From NCBI GenBank assembly GCA_963745835.1, contig CAVUZH010000018.1:32001-96000 (forward strand): a DNA stretch of 64,000 nucleotides, written 5' to 3'. The position numbers and the translations under genes are program-made. How positions within the stretch are numbered: the first letter of the stretch is position 1; the number at the start of each line of letters is the position of its first letter. Source of the stretch: an uncultured delta proteobacterium. GTDB lineage: Bacteria; Desulfobacterota; Binatia; UBA9968. The notes under the pieces were generated by a model, which was not told the DNA's origin, did not search any database, and saw only the letters and a list, made by a program, of their open reading frames with translations. Shown here piece after piece: positions 20,882 to 30,614 of the stretch.

Positions 20882-20979
20882 CGCTTCCTTAAAAGTCCCT
20901 GCGGTAAACTCTGAGCATCGAAAGCCTGAGTCCCTTGGCCGGGATTCGGCATCGAGGCTCAGAGTTTACCGCAGTAGTG

Positions 20980-21684
20980 TTATGTGGATTTGCGGAATTT
21001 CTTGGCCCGGCGCACAAAGTAATCCCACATTGAACCGAGACGATGTGGCGTGTAGATCTGCTCGTATTTAATCGCTGATTCTTCGTCGCTGGTCCATGAC
21101 GGATCGCCTGAAGCTGTCGCCATAAGCTGGATACGTGCTGCTTTCTCAAGGAAAATGGCATAGAGCGTCGCCACTTCAATACTTTCGCCGACCACGGTGG
21201 AGCCATGATTCTTCATCAATAGGCCGCGACACTTGCCCAGGCTCTTGGCTACCTCTACCCCGAGTTCCGGGGTTCGAATCAGAGCGGTTGTGAGATCGAA
21301 CAGGGGCAGCCCTTCATAAAATATGTTGCCCTCATGGCTGATCGGACGAAGCGGTTGACGCAGCGAACCGAGAGCAATTGCATGCGGTGGATGGGAGTGC
21401 ACGACGCATTGGACGTCCGGTCTCGCCTTGAAGATTTCGGTGTGGATGAATACCTCGGAATGACGCTCGTACTTGCCGGCGACTTTGTTGCCATCTAAAT
21501 CAACTTCGATAACGTGTTCCGGTCGAATTTCCTCAAACCCGAAGCTGTGCGGCTTCATGAGAATTCGCTCTTTGCCGGGAATTCTGACTGAAACGTGGCC
21601 AAGGATATTGTCCCAGTGACCTTCGTACGCGAGAATGTTGCACGACAAGGCTAAGCTTTCTTTGAGTTCTTTCACGTTGCTCAT
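20980..21684 (-). CDS. Class II aldolase/adducin family metalloenzyme
   Basis: GHVSVR, SEVFIH, VVHSHP, MKNHG metal ligands. Confidence 0.9.
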   Translation of the reverse strand: MSNVKELKESLALSCNILAYEGHWDNILGHVSVRIPGKERILMKPHSFGFEEIRPEHVIEVDLDGNKVAGKYERHSEVFIHTEIFKARPDVQCVVHSHPPHAIALGSLRQPLRPISHEGNIFYEGLPLFDLTTALIRTPELGVEVAKSLGKCRGLLMKNHGSTVVGESIEVATLYAIFLEKAARIQLMATASGDPSWTSDEESAIKYEQIYTPHRLGSMWDYFVRRAKKFRKST

Positions 21685-21713
21685 AGGTGTGTTCCCTCAC
21701 TCGATGATGGAGC

Positions 21714-23255
21714 CTAACGGCCGGCGCGGAGGCGGAAGCGTTGGATTTTGCCGGTGACAGTTTTAGGAAGGTCCTCGACGAACTCGATCCAACGCGGATA
21801 TTTGTAAGGTGCAAGTCTGGTTTTGACGTGGCTCTGGAGTTCTGAACGCAGTTCGTCGCTAGGTTTAAACTCGGTCTTCAACAGGACATACGCTTTCGGC
21901 TTGAGCAAACCTTCCGCGTCGGTATCGCCGATAACACCCGACTCGAGCACCGCCGGATGCTCCATTAAGGTGTTTTCAATTTCGATGGGCGAGACCCATA
22001 AACCACCCACTTTCATCATGTCATCGGAGCGGCCGCAGTACCAGTAGTAACCCTCGGCATCGCTATAGTAGGTATCGCCGGTTTTCAGCCACTCGCCTTG
22101 CATAACGCGTTTGGTTTGTTCATGTTTGTTCCAGTAGTAGGGAGAGTTGGCGTCGCCTTTTACCATCAAATTGCCAATTTCGCCCAGCGGAACTTCGTGC
22201 CCGCCATCGTCGACGATCTTGGCTTCGAAAGCGGGGGTTACTTCGCCGCTGCTGCCGGCCTTAGCCCGGCCCGGGCGATTGGCGAGAAAATCATGGGTTG
22301 CCTCGGTGGAACCGACGACGTCAAGCAATTCCATGCCGAACCGCTCATGGCACTGCTGAAAGATTGCCGGCGGCAATGGCTCGCCGGACGAAAGACAGAT
22401 GCGCAACGAGCTCAAGTCGTATTTCTTCTCGATTCGCAAAAATCGTGCGTAGAGTGTCGGCACGGAAAAGAAGAACGTCGGTTTATATTTGTCGATGACC
22501 TGAAGAATTTTTTCTGGATCCGGTTTTTCGGGCCAGAGAACGGTTGAGGCGCCGAATCGAAAGGGAAAGTAAAGTGAGTTGCCCAGCCCGTAAGAAAAAA
22601 AAAGCTTCGATGCCGAAAAACAGCGATCGTTCTCATTCATGCCCAGGACCGGTTTAACGAACAGATCGGTGATCGTTATCATGTCGTGCTGCAGGTGAAC
22701 CGCGCCTTTGGGCACTCCAGTGCTGCCTGACGTGTAACCCCAAAAGCCCACATCATCGCGATGGGTTGGCTCTGGTTCCAGGTAGTCTGATGCTCGAGCG
22801 ATGAGCTCTTGGTAGGATCGCGCTTTGGCCTGGCCTTTTCCGACAACCAGAATGTGTTTAAGGTACCTGGTGTTGTCCCAGATCTTGGCAATTTCTGGGA
22901 GCACGGAATCGTGGACGATGATGGCGCGCGCTCGACTGTCATTGATCAGGTATTCGTAATCTTTTGCCGCCATCCAAGGATTCGTCGGAATCGGCACCGC
23001 GCCGATTTTTATGGCGCCGAAAAAGCTGTAAGCAAACTCGGGGGAGTCGGGAAGAGCAAGTAATACCCGATGCTCGATTTCGACACCAAGCTCTTTTAAA
23101 GCGTTGCCGGTCCGGTTTACTTTCTCGTAGACTTCTTGGTAGGTGATCGCTTCGTCTTGGTAGTAAATCGCAATTCTGCCGCCGCGACCTTGGGTGATGT
23201 TTTCATCCACAAAAGTCGTGGCGGCATTATAGATCTCAGGAAGTTCGACTCCCAT
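21714..23255 (-). CDS. Benzoate-CoA ligase family protein
   Basis: YNAA, YTSGSTGVPKG, KLFFSYGLGN, GSTE, GRSDDMMKVGGLWVSPIEIE, PKTVTGKIQRFRLR. Confidence 0.9.
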   Translation of the reverse strand: MGVELPEIYNAATTFVDENITQGRGGRIAIYYQDEAITYQEVYEKVNRTGNALKELGVEIEHRVLLALPDSPEFAYSFFGAIKIGAVPIPTNPWMAAKDYEYLINDSRARAIIVHDSVLPEIAKIWDNTRYLKHILVVGKGQAKARSYQELIARASDYLEPEPTHRDDVGFWGYTSGSTGVPKGAVHLQHDMITITDLFVKPVLGMNENDRCFSASKLFFSYGLGNSLYFPFRFGASTVLWPEKPDPEKILQVIDKYKPTFFFSVPTLYARFLRIEKKYDLSSLRICLSSGEPLPPAIFQQCHERFGMELLDVVGSTEATHDFLANRPGRAKAGSSGEVTPAFEAKIVDDGGHEVPLGEIGNLMVKGDANSPYYWNKHEQTKRVMQGEWLKTGDTYYSDAEGYYWYCGRSDDMMKVGGLWVSPIEIENTLMEHPAVLESGVIGDTDAEGLLKPKAYVLLKTEFKPSDELRSELQSHVKTRLAPYKYPRWIEFVEDLPKTVTGKIQRFRLRAGR

Positions 23256-23316
23256 CCTCGCTCCGGTCGGAACTCAAGCTAGTTGTGGATGCGGTATCTT
23301 AGATCCCGCAGGACCT

Positions 23317-24789
23317 TCATTCGCCACCAACCATTTCCGAATGTGTTTCGGTAGCAATGACCACTGACTTTGAGTCGGTGTAATGCTCGATCGCCTCCTC
23401 GCCATGTTCCTTGCCAAGGCCGCTCTGTTTGACGCCGCCGAACGGTAGCTCGTCGTAGATAATTTGAGCCGAATTCACCCAAGTGTAACCGGCTTCGATG
23501 CGTTCCGCGCCGGCCATCGCGCGATTGATGTCGCGCGTCCAAATGGATGAGCCCAATCCAAAGATCGAATTGTTGGCCTGCTCGATGGCTTGGTCGAGAT
23601 TTTTAACCCGAACGATGGGCAAGGCCGGACCGAAGCATTCTTCCTGTAGCAGCCGAGATGCCGGGTCAACATCCGCGACCAAGGTGGGCTGCAGATAAAA
23701 CCCTTTGTCGTAGTCATCGCCTTTCGGTCGTTGCGTTCCGTAGAGCACCTTGGCGCCGCGCTTCACTGCGTCTTCAACTTGTTCTTCAACTTCCCGGCGC
23801 TGTTCGGCCGTATGCAGCGGCCCCATGAGCACGCCTGACTTCAAGCCGTTGCCAACGCTGATCCTTTTAACTTTCTCAACCAACTTATCCATGAAAGTAT
23901 CGGCGATACGGTCGAACAGATAAAGCCGTTTAACCGCCAGACAGGCCTGGCCACAATTGAAGAAGCGACCGACCGAAGCGGCGCTGACCGCGCGATCGAT
24001 ATCAGCATCGTCGCAGACGATCATCGGATCGCTGCCACCCAATTCCAAGGTGACGTGTTTGAAGTCTTGGGCCGCCGATTGCATTACCCGGCGACCGGTA
24101 TCGGTAGCTCCAGTAAAGCCAATCTTGCGCACTGTCGGGTTGACTAGTAATTCCTCACCGACAACGCTGCCGGGACCGGTAACGACATTGAGAACACCGC
24201 GAGGGCCGCCGGCATCTTGAATGGCTTTGTCGATCAATTCGCAGCAACGCAAGTCGGTTAGCGGGGTAGTGCCGGCGGGTTTGACCACAACGGTATTACC
24301 GGTTAGCAGGGCGGGACCGAGTTTATTGCCCATCAAAGACACGGGAAAATTCCATGGCACGATGGAGCCGCAGACGCCTAAAGGCTTGCGCAAGACTAAA
24401 CCATGACGACCGGCGTCAAGCATAACCGCAGCATTCCGCAGACTCTTTGCCATTCCGCCGTAATGATCCAAAGTATGCACAAAGCGGCGGATCTCCAAAA
24501 TCGATTCCCGCATCGGTTTGCCTTGCTCGCGGGTCAACAAAGTTGCAAGCTCCTTTTCTTGTTGCAGGATCGCATGGCCGGCTTGAAGTAAAATCGCGCC
24601 CCGCTTAGACGGAGCCATCTCGGACCATTTCTTCAACGCTGCCTTGGCGGCATCGATGGCGCGACGAATGTCGTTCACTGTTCCTTTAGGAACCGAATCA
24701 ACAACTTCTCCTGTGGCTGGATTTTTTACTGCGGTGGTCTCGTTACTTTCTGAGTCCACATACTCACTGGCGATAAGCAGTTTTGCCAT
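23317..24789 (-). CDS. NAD(P)-dependent aldehyde dehydrogenase
   Basis: PWNFP, FTGAT, LELGG (catalytic Glu), NCGQAC (catalytic Cys), EECFGP, PFGGVKQSG. Confidence 0.95.
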   Translation of the reverse strand: MAKLLIASEYVDSESNETTAVKNPATGEVVDSVPKGTVNDIRRAIDAAKAALKKWSEMAPSKRGAILLQAGHAILQQEKELATLLTREQGKPMRESILEIRRFVHTLDHYGGMAKSLRNAAVMLDAGRHGLVLRKPLGVCGSIVPWNFPVSLMGNKLGPALLTGNTVVVKPAGTTPLTDLRCCELIDKAIQDAGGPRGVLNVVTGPGSVVGEELLVNPTVRKIGFTGATDTGRRVMQSAAQDFKHVTLELGGSDPMIVCDDADIDRAVSAASVGRFFNCGQACLAVKRLYLFDRIADTFMDKLVEKVKRISVGNGLKSGVLMGPLHTAEQRREVEEQVEDAVKRGAKVLYGTQRPKGDDYDKGFYLQPTLVADVDPASRLLQEECFGPALPIVRVKNLDQAIEQANNSIFGLGSSIWTRDINRAMAGAERIEAGYTWVNSAQIIYDELPFGGVKQSGLGKEHGEEAIEHYTDSKSVVIATETHSEMVGGE

Positions 24790-25036
24790 AAGCTCCTCCG
24801 TGACTTCGGAATTTCAAAAACAATCATGTAGCTAGCGGGTTGTCAAGATTAGCTCTCGTGGCAAAGACGCCACCGATGATGTCTAGATGATCTCTAAATG
24901 ACACGGAGGAGGGTTCACTTAGCAGGTGGAATACGATCATACGCTAGAAAGCGGTTGTGCAACGAATCTCGTTTTGGGATCGCACACTTGATCAAACGTG
25001 AGCATTCTAGCAGTTGGGGTCTGACGAACTTATCCG

Positions 25037-26959
25037 CTAAGCTTTTTCGCCGCGGTTTTGTAATACAACAGCCGCGAAAAAAAGACATAATCCGATAACG
25101 TCTTTAATCCAGCCGGGAAAGACTAAGACGAGTCCGGCAGCGATGAGCAGCGCTTGCTCGAGTGGTGTTGTCTTGCGACGTAGCCAACCTGTCAATCCCG
25201 CTGCCAACGCTCCAAGACCAATCATCGCCGACGCTCCCGTCCAGATAATATTGGCCCACGATCCCTTGAGCAGTAATCCGATACCGTCGGGACTCAAAGT
25301 AAAGATGAACGGAACTAGAAATGCGGGAAGGGTGTATTTCCAAGCCATCATCGTAGTCTTGTAGGGATTGCCGCCGGTTATCGCTGCGGCGGCAAAGGGG
25401 GACAGCGCCGTGGGTGGCGAGACTTCGGATAGTACAGCGTAGTAGAAGATAAACATGTGTGCGGCAAATTCCGGAACGCCGAGCTTGATCATGGCCGGCG
25501 CGGTGATCACTGCGGCAATGATATACGAAGCCGTCACCGGCACGGCTAGACCCAGAACCCACACCGTAAGCGCGGTGTAAAGCACCGTGAGAAAAAGACT
25601 ATTACCGGCCAGAGCCAGGATAATCAGCGAAAATTTAAGTCCAAGCCCGGTCAAGGTCACAACCCCAACGATAATCCCGGCCGCAGCGCAGGTCGCTGCC
25701 ACCGACAGCACTTCGGTGGCGCCTTTTTCCAGGGTCTGCCACAAGCGGGTTGGTGTCAGCGCAGTGTCACTTCTTATGAAACTCAGCAGCACGGCAAGCA
25801 CCGTTGCGTAGGCGACCGAGAGAATCGCGGTATAACCCCACAACATAAAGAGGACGACAGAGATAAGGGAGACGAAATGAAAGCCGTATTTGCGTGTCAG
25901 ACTCCACGGGCTTTCACCTTCCACCTGAATCGGTTTGGCGCCGAACTTCCGCGCGTCGAGCTCGACCATGGCGAAAATCGACCAATAGTAAAGAACTGTC
26001 GGAACCACGGCCATGGCAATGACCTCGATGTAGGACATTTGCAAGAACTCGGCGATGAGAAAAGCCGCGGCGCCGAGCACAGGTGGGGAGATGATTGCGC
26101 CGATACCGCCGGCTGCAAGCAAACCGCCCGCAGATTCTTTGTCATAGCCGGCCTTGGCAAGAAGCGGCCATGATACCGAGCCGAGAGTCACTGTGGTCGC
26201 CACGCCCGAACCGGAAGGTCCGCCGAGAAGGAACGATGCCAACGTCACCGTGCGCCCAGCCGCTGCCGGCTTCCCGCCTGTAGCGGCCAGAGAAAAGTCG
26301 ACGTAGAACTGACCTGCCTTGGAATATTCCAACACCGCGCCATAGATCGTAAAGAGGATGATGAATGTCGCCGCTACATCCAACGGCACACCGAAGATAC
26401 CTTCGAGAGTCAGGTACATGTGGCCGACCAAACGATCGATGCCGTAGCCCTGATGGGTCCACGGTGCCGGCAAATAGGCACCGAACACAGCATAGGCCAA
26501 GAAACCAATGGCCACCGCCGGCAGAATTGCACCGGTCGTTCGTCGCGTCGCTTCCAGGACCAGGACAATGGCCAGCGCACCAAAAATTTGATCGATTCTC
26601 GTAGGGATTGCGGCACGGTAAATAAATTCTTCAAAATCCCACAGCGGATAGCCGACGGCGGCGAGACTCGCAAGAATAAGCAGCCAATCGTACCAAGGCA
26701 CGGCGGACCGGCGCTGGCTACGCGCCACGGGATAGATCAGAAACGTCAGGACTAGCGAGAACCCAAGGAATACCAGCCGCAATACTTGAGCGGTTACCGT
26801 CGCCCAGGCCCAGTAGAGGTGCACCAGCGACATCGCGACGGCGGCACAGGAGGCCAGTTTAGCCACCGAGCCGATCAATTGTCGCCGAGGGCCTTCTTCT
26901 TCTTGAATAAGCTGCTGCGCTGCTTTCAGCCGTGCGTCATCGATGATCTCGTCAGCCAC
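25037..26959 (-). CDS. TAXI-TRAP transporter fused 4TM/12TM permease
   Basis: LEATRR, EGIFGVP, PPVLGAAAFLIAE, AAHMFIFYY, SPP; 640 aa and hydrophobic. Confidence 0.93.
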   Translation of the reverse strand: MADEIIDDARLKAAQQLIQEEEGPRRQLIGSVAKLASCAAVAMSLVHLYWAWATVTAQVLRLVFLGFSLVLTFLIYPVARSQRRSAVPWYDWLLILASLAAVGYPLWDFEEFIYRAAIPTRIDQIFGALAIVLVLEATRRTTGAILPAVAIGFLAYAVFGAYLPAPWTHQGYGIDRLVGHMYLTLEGIFGVPLDVAATFIILFTIYGAVLEYSKAGQFYVDFSLAATGGKPAAAGRTVTLASFLLGGPSGSGVATTVTLGSVSWPLLAKAGYDKESAGGLLAAGGIGAIISPPVLGAAAFLIAEFLQMSYIEVIAMAVVPTVLYYWSIFAMVELDARKFGAKPIQVEGESPWSLTRKYGFHFVSLISVVLFMLWGYTAILSVAYATVLAVLLSFIRSDTALTPTRLWQTLEKGATEVLSVAATCAAAGIIVGVVTLTGLGLKFSLIILALAGNSLFLTVLYTALTVWVLGLAVPVTASYIIAAVITAPAMIKLGVPEFAAHMFIFYYAVLSEVSPPTALSPFAAAAITGGNPYKTTMMAWKYTLPAFLVPFIFTLSPDGIGLLLKGSWANIIWTGASAMIGLGALAAGLTGWLRRKTTPLEQALLIAAGLVLVFPGWIKDVIGLCLFFAAVVLQNRGEKA

Positions 26960-27455
26960 GGCGGGTTCCGTTGCAGGAAACTACACGGATGCGCAGTGCT
27001 TTGATGTTTTGCATGACGAACCGTTTTGGGTCAAGCGGCGAGATTAAGGCGATCGTCATTGAGGCTTCCGGACTCGCGTGCAGGTCCAGGGCGGGAAATA
27101 TTCGCTGCTGCGGTGTCACGATCCAAGCACCGCCTACGAACTTTGCGCTCTCATAGCCGTAGAAATCCACCAGGCGGCGTTCGCTGTAACGGAGTTGTAT
27201 GAGATGAAATCCGTCTCCCTGGACCTGAAATATTTCCTCCACCGCACTCCCGTACATCGAGTGATTAAAACTCAGGCGCAATTGCGTGTCCGGCCCGGCG
27301 ATGTGCTTAAATATTTGCTCGCCGTTACTGACAAGCACGCAATCCTGTCCGGCGCTTGCCGGCAGCGCCGTTGCCAGCAATGCCAGCAACGAAAAAGCAA
27401 GCATTCCCAATCGCTTGACCGAAGGACGGGCGATGATTGCCTGCTGCCAATTCAT
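26952..27455 (-). CDS. DUF1850-like TAXI-associated protein
   Basis: Lies between TAXI receptor and permease, overlapping both; LSFNHSMYGSAVEEIF motif. Confidence 0.7.
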   Translation of the reverse strand: MNWQQAIIARPSVKRLGMLAFSLLALLATALPASAGQDCVLVSNGEQIFKHIAGPDTQLRLSFNHSMYGSAVEEIFQVQGDGFHLIQLRYSERRLVDFYGYESAKFVGGAWIVTPQQRIFPALDLHASPEASMTIALISPLDPKRFVMQNIKALRIRVVSCNGTRRG

Positions 27456-28501
27456 TTGCTTGAAGGGGGTATCGTCACTCCCTTCTCCTTGAAATAACGC
27501 AAGGCGCCGGGATGGAAGGGGATCGGCGATCCCACCACGGCGCTTTTCAGATTCAATTCAGATGCCGCCTTGTGCACTGCCACCAGATCGGCAGTGTGTT
27601 CCAAAATCAATTTGGTGAGCTCATAGGCTTGCTTATCGTCCATCTTCTCGTTGACGACCAGAAGATTGGTTACCGCAGCCACTGGAACATCCTCATCGAC
27701 GCCCTTGTACACGCCCTTGGGAATATTGGCGACGAAGTACAAGGGGCCGTACTTTGCTACCATCTTCGGCACCGCATCGCCGTGAAGGATGAGATTGACC
27801 TTGCTGCCTGGCGTTGCGGCGAGATCTAGAATTGCCGCCGTCGGCAACCCGCCGTCCCAGAAAAAGGCGTCAATCTTGCGGTCTTTCAATGCGCCCGCGG
27901 ACTCTCCGGCGCCAAGACGCTCCTGGCTCTGCAAATCTTTTGGCATAAGTCCATAGGCTTCCATAACCCGCAGCGCCTTTACTTCAGTGCCGGAACCGGG
28001 CGCGCCGATGGAGACGCGCTTGCCTCTCAAATCAGCGACACTCTTGATGCCGCTCTCGTCCAACGCGGCGATGTGCATGAAGTTTGTGTAAAGTGCCATG
28101 AGCGAGCGGACGCCGATCTTTTCGTTAAGGCCTTTTAGTTTTCCGTTGTAGGCATCCCAAGCTGTGTCCGGCAATGTCAATGCTAAAGCGACTCTGCCGG
28201 TGTGGATGAGTTTCATATTGTCGACAGAGGCGGTGGTGACCTCAGCCGTCGCCTCGGTGCCGGGAATGTTTCTGGAGATGAGCGCGGCCATCCCGCCGCC
28301 CAACGGATAGTAGACACCGCCGGTGCCGCCGGTGGCGATGGATAGACGTATTTTTGTCTGGGCGAACGCCAGATCGGCAATTGATATTGCGGCTACGAGG
28401 ATTAGGAAGATGCGGAAAGATAAAAAGCTTATACTCCATGAAAAACGGTCAGCGCCCGCTGGTTTTGACCGAGGAGGGCCATAGAATTTTTTAGGTTTCA
28501 T
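27452..28501 (-). CDS. TAXI family TRAP solute receptor
   Basis: IATGGTGGVYYPLG, SVDN, GAPGSGTE, IPFHPGALRYFKEKG. Confidence 0.95.
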   Translation of the reverse strand: MKPKKFYGPPRSKPAGADRFSWSISFLSFRIFLILVAAISIADLAFAQTKIRLSIATGGTGGVYYPLGGGMAALISRNIPGTEATAEVTTASVDNMKLIHTGRVALALTLPDTAWDAYNGKLKGLNEKIGVRSLMALYTNFMHIAALDESGIKSVADLRGKRVSIGAPGSGTEVKALRVMEAYGLMPKDLQSQERLGAGESAGALKDRKIDAFFWDGGLPTAAILDLAATPGSKVNLILHGDAVPKMVAKYGPLYFVANIPKGVYKGVDEDVPVAAVTNLLVVNEKMDDKQAYELTKLILEHTADLVAVHKAASELNLKSAVVGSPIPFHPGALRYFKEKGVTIPPSSK

Positions 28502-28675
28502 AAATCCTCCGAATTAGAAGTTCAGATGTATGATAAGTGTCATCAAGATAGGGTGAATTGAAGATCGTCGTCAAGAGAGCTCGTTAGCTGCTATGTGAGG
28601 CGGCGAAATTGGATCAATCGGAGGACGGAGATCGGTAAATTGGCGTCGACGCTCGATTGATTTGCTAGGATAGCA

Positions 28676-29711
28676 TTGATAAGACTTCGTGCGTTGGAAA
28701 TCGCGTTTTTTCCTGTGATGTGGACACAACGGAATTTCATGATGATCATTCTTTTGCTCGTACCGACCGTGCTTTTTGCATCGATGCTCTCTGCATCGTG
28801 CTATGCACAGGCGCCGTTACAGCACGTTGTGCTCACCTACTCCAGCCGTAGTATCGCCTCCATTGATCTTTTCATAGCGCAAGAGCGCGGGTTTTTTCGC
28901 GACGAAGGACTCGATGCGCAGCTCGTCCAGGTTCGAGCCACGGCTGCAATCGCCGCGATTATTTCAGGAGAGGTTAATGCGCTCGGTTCTATCGGGAGCG
29001 CCATCCGAGCGATTCCGCGCGGCGCGCCGATCAAGGTATTGACAGTAGGCCTGCGGCGGCCGGTGTTCTGGCTGGTGAGTCGACCCGAGTTGAAGTCTTA
29101 CGCGGACCTTAAAGGAAAAGTAATGGGAACGACCACGCTAGGCGGAAGCCAGCATACCGCCGGCATCCGATTGCTGCGCAAGGCGGGTCTGAACCCCCGA
29201 TAAGGATTTGACAGTGGTCTTGGGCGGTGACGTGCCGAGTCAGCTGCAGGCGTTGGTCAATGGCTCGATTCAAGTCGGTATTCTTTCACCGCCTATGGTG
29301 ATCGTTGCCCGTGATAAATATAAAATGAATATTTTAGGCAGTGCCATCGATGAGTTTACCAGCATTCAGAATGGTTTGGGCTTCTTAGAAAAGAGTCTCA
29401 AGGAGCAACCCGATCTGGTAAAGCGGATTGTTCGCTCCCGCTCGAAGGCGAATCGTTACTTTCATCACAATGAGCGCGGTAGCAGTGAAGTATTGGCCAA
29501 GTATTTAAACGTCGATTTCGAGACTGCTCTTGAAACCTATCGGATATCGCGGCCGGCATTCACCACTGCTGGGATCCCGACCCACGAGGAGATATCTGAA
29601 TATCTCAAAGAGGACGCGCGCATCCTTGGTCTGGCGGCGCCATTGCCGGCAACAAGAGTGTTCGATTTTTCGATACAGCGCGAAGTCAACCAGGAGCTGG
29701 GGGCGCGATGA
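28676..29711 (+). CDS. NitT/TauT-type substrate-binding protein, split by a +1 frameshift
   Basis: ORFs 28676..29203 and 29208..29711 join as [11 protein letters not shown] if one C is removed from CCCCC (29194-29198). True start probably later than 28676. Confidence 0.82.
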
Positions 29712-30268
29712 ATCAGAAAAAAAAGGTCGCTGTTTTTGGCGGTGGATGTTTTTGGTGCACCGAAGCGGTATTTGACGAGCTCCGCGGCGTGATTTCAGTC
29801 GTTTCGGGCTATGCCGGTGGGGACGTGAAGAATCCGACTTATGAGCAGGTCTGCGGTGGCCGCACCGGACATGCGGAAGTGATTCGCATCGAGTTCGATC
29901 CCGATCAGATCGCTTTCCGCGACTTGCTGACGGTTTTCTTTGCCACTCATGACCCGACGACGCTTAATCGTCAGGGCAACGATGTCGGCACGCAGTATCG
30001 CTCGGCAATATTTTATGCCGACGATGAGCAAAAACACGAGGCGGAAAGTTTTATCAAGGAGCTACAAGCCGCCGGCGCCTTTAGTAAGCCGATCGTGACT
30101 ACTTTGGAACCACTGACCGACTTCTATGAAGCTGAAGGCTATCATCAGAAGTATTACGCAAACAATCCCTACCAACCCTATTGCCAAGTAATGATCCCGC
30201 CGAAATTAAACAAGCTTCACAAACAGTTCGCCGAGTTGCTCAAATCGCATGGCAAAGGCGCAAGCTAA
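29708..30268 (+). CDS. msrA: Peptide-methionine (S)-S-oxide reductase
   Basis: [38 protein letters not shown]. Confidence 0.97.
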   Translation: MNQKKKVAVFGGGCFWCTEAVFDELRGVISVVSGYAGGDVKNPTYEQVCGGRTGHAEVIRIEFDPDQIAFRDLLTVFFATHDPTTLNRQGNDVGTQYRSAIFYADDEQKHEAESFIKELQAAGAFSKPIVTTLEPLTDFYEAEGYHQKYYANNPYQPYCQVMIPPKLNKLHKQFAELLKSHGKGAS

Positions 30269-30614
30269 ACGTTCCAACTGGGCCAAATCGCTGGTCGATC
30301 TCGGTCCAGCGGTGGAGGCGCGCGCTTTAGCTCGGTGATCTGATATTTGTATGAGGATTCGGTTCTTGAGTTGTCTAGTCTAAGTTGCCGGTGAGCCCGC
30401 GACTCGTCGAGTTGTCGGAAATTCAAAGTAAAGTGCTAGGAAAATTCGCATCGATTTGCCATGTTCAGAGCCGTTCAACTAGGAGGTCGTGGATTCGATC
30501 TCATCACGACATCCGTTCGTGAAGAGCCAACGAACATCCTGAAGATTCAATTATCGTATTCGTTGCAGCAGTTCTTATTGGCTTGGGAACCGAAGATCAA
30601 CTGAGAAGAAATTC

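Noticed and set aside
30480-30510. tRNA-like GAGGTCGTGGATTCGATC segment, or a cation riboswitch before the transporter
   Set aside because: The T-stem does not pair, no cloverleaf forms, and no riboswitch consensus was recognised by eye. An Rfam scan would settle it.
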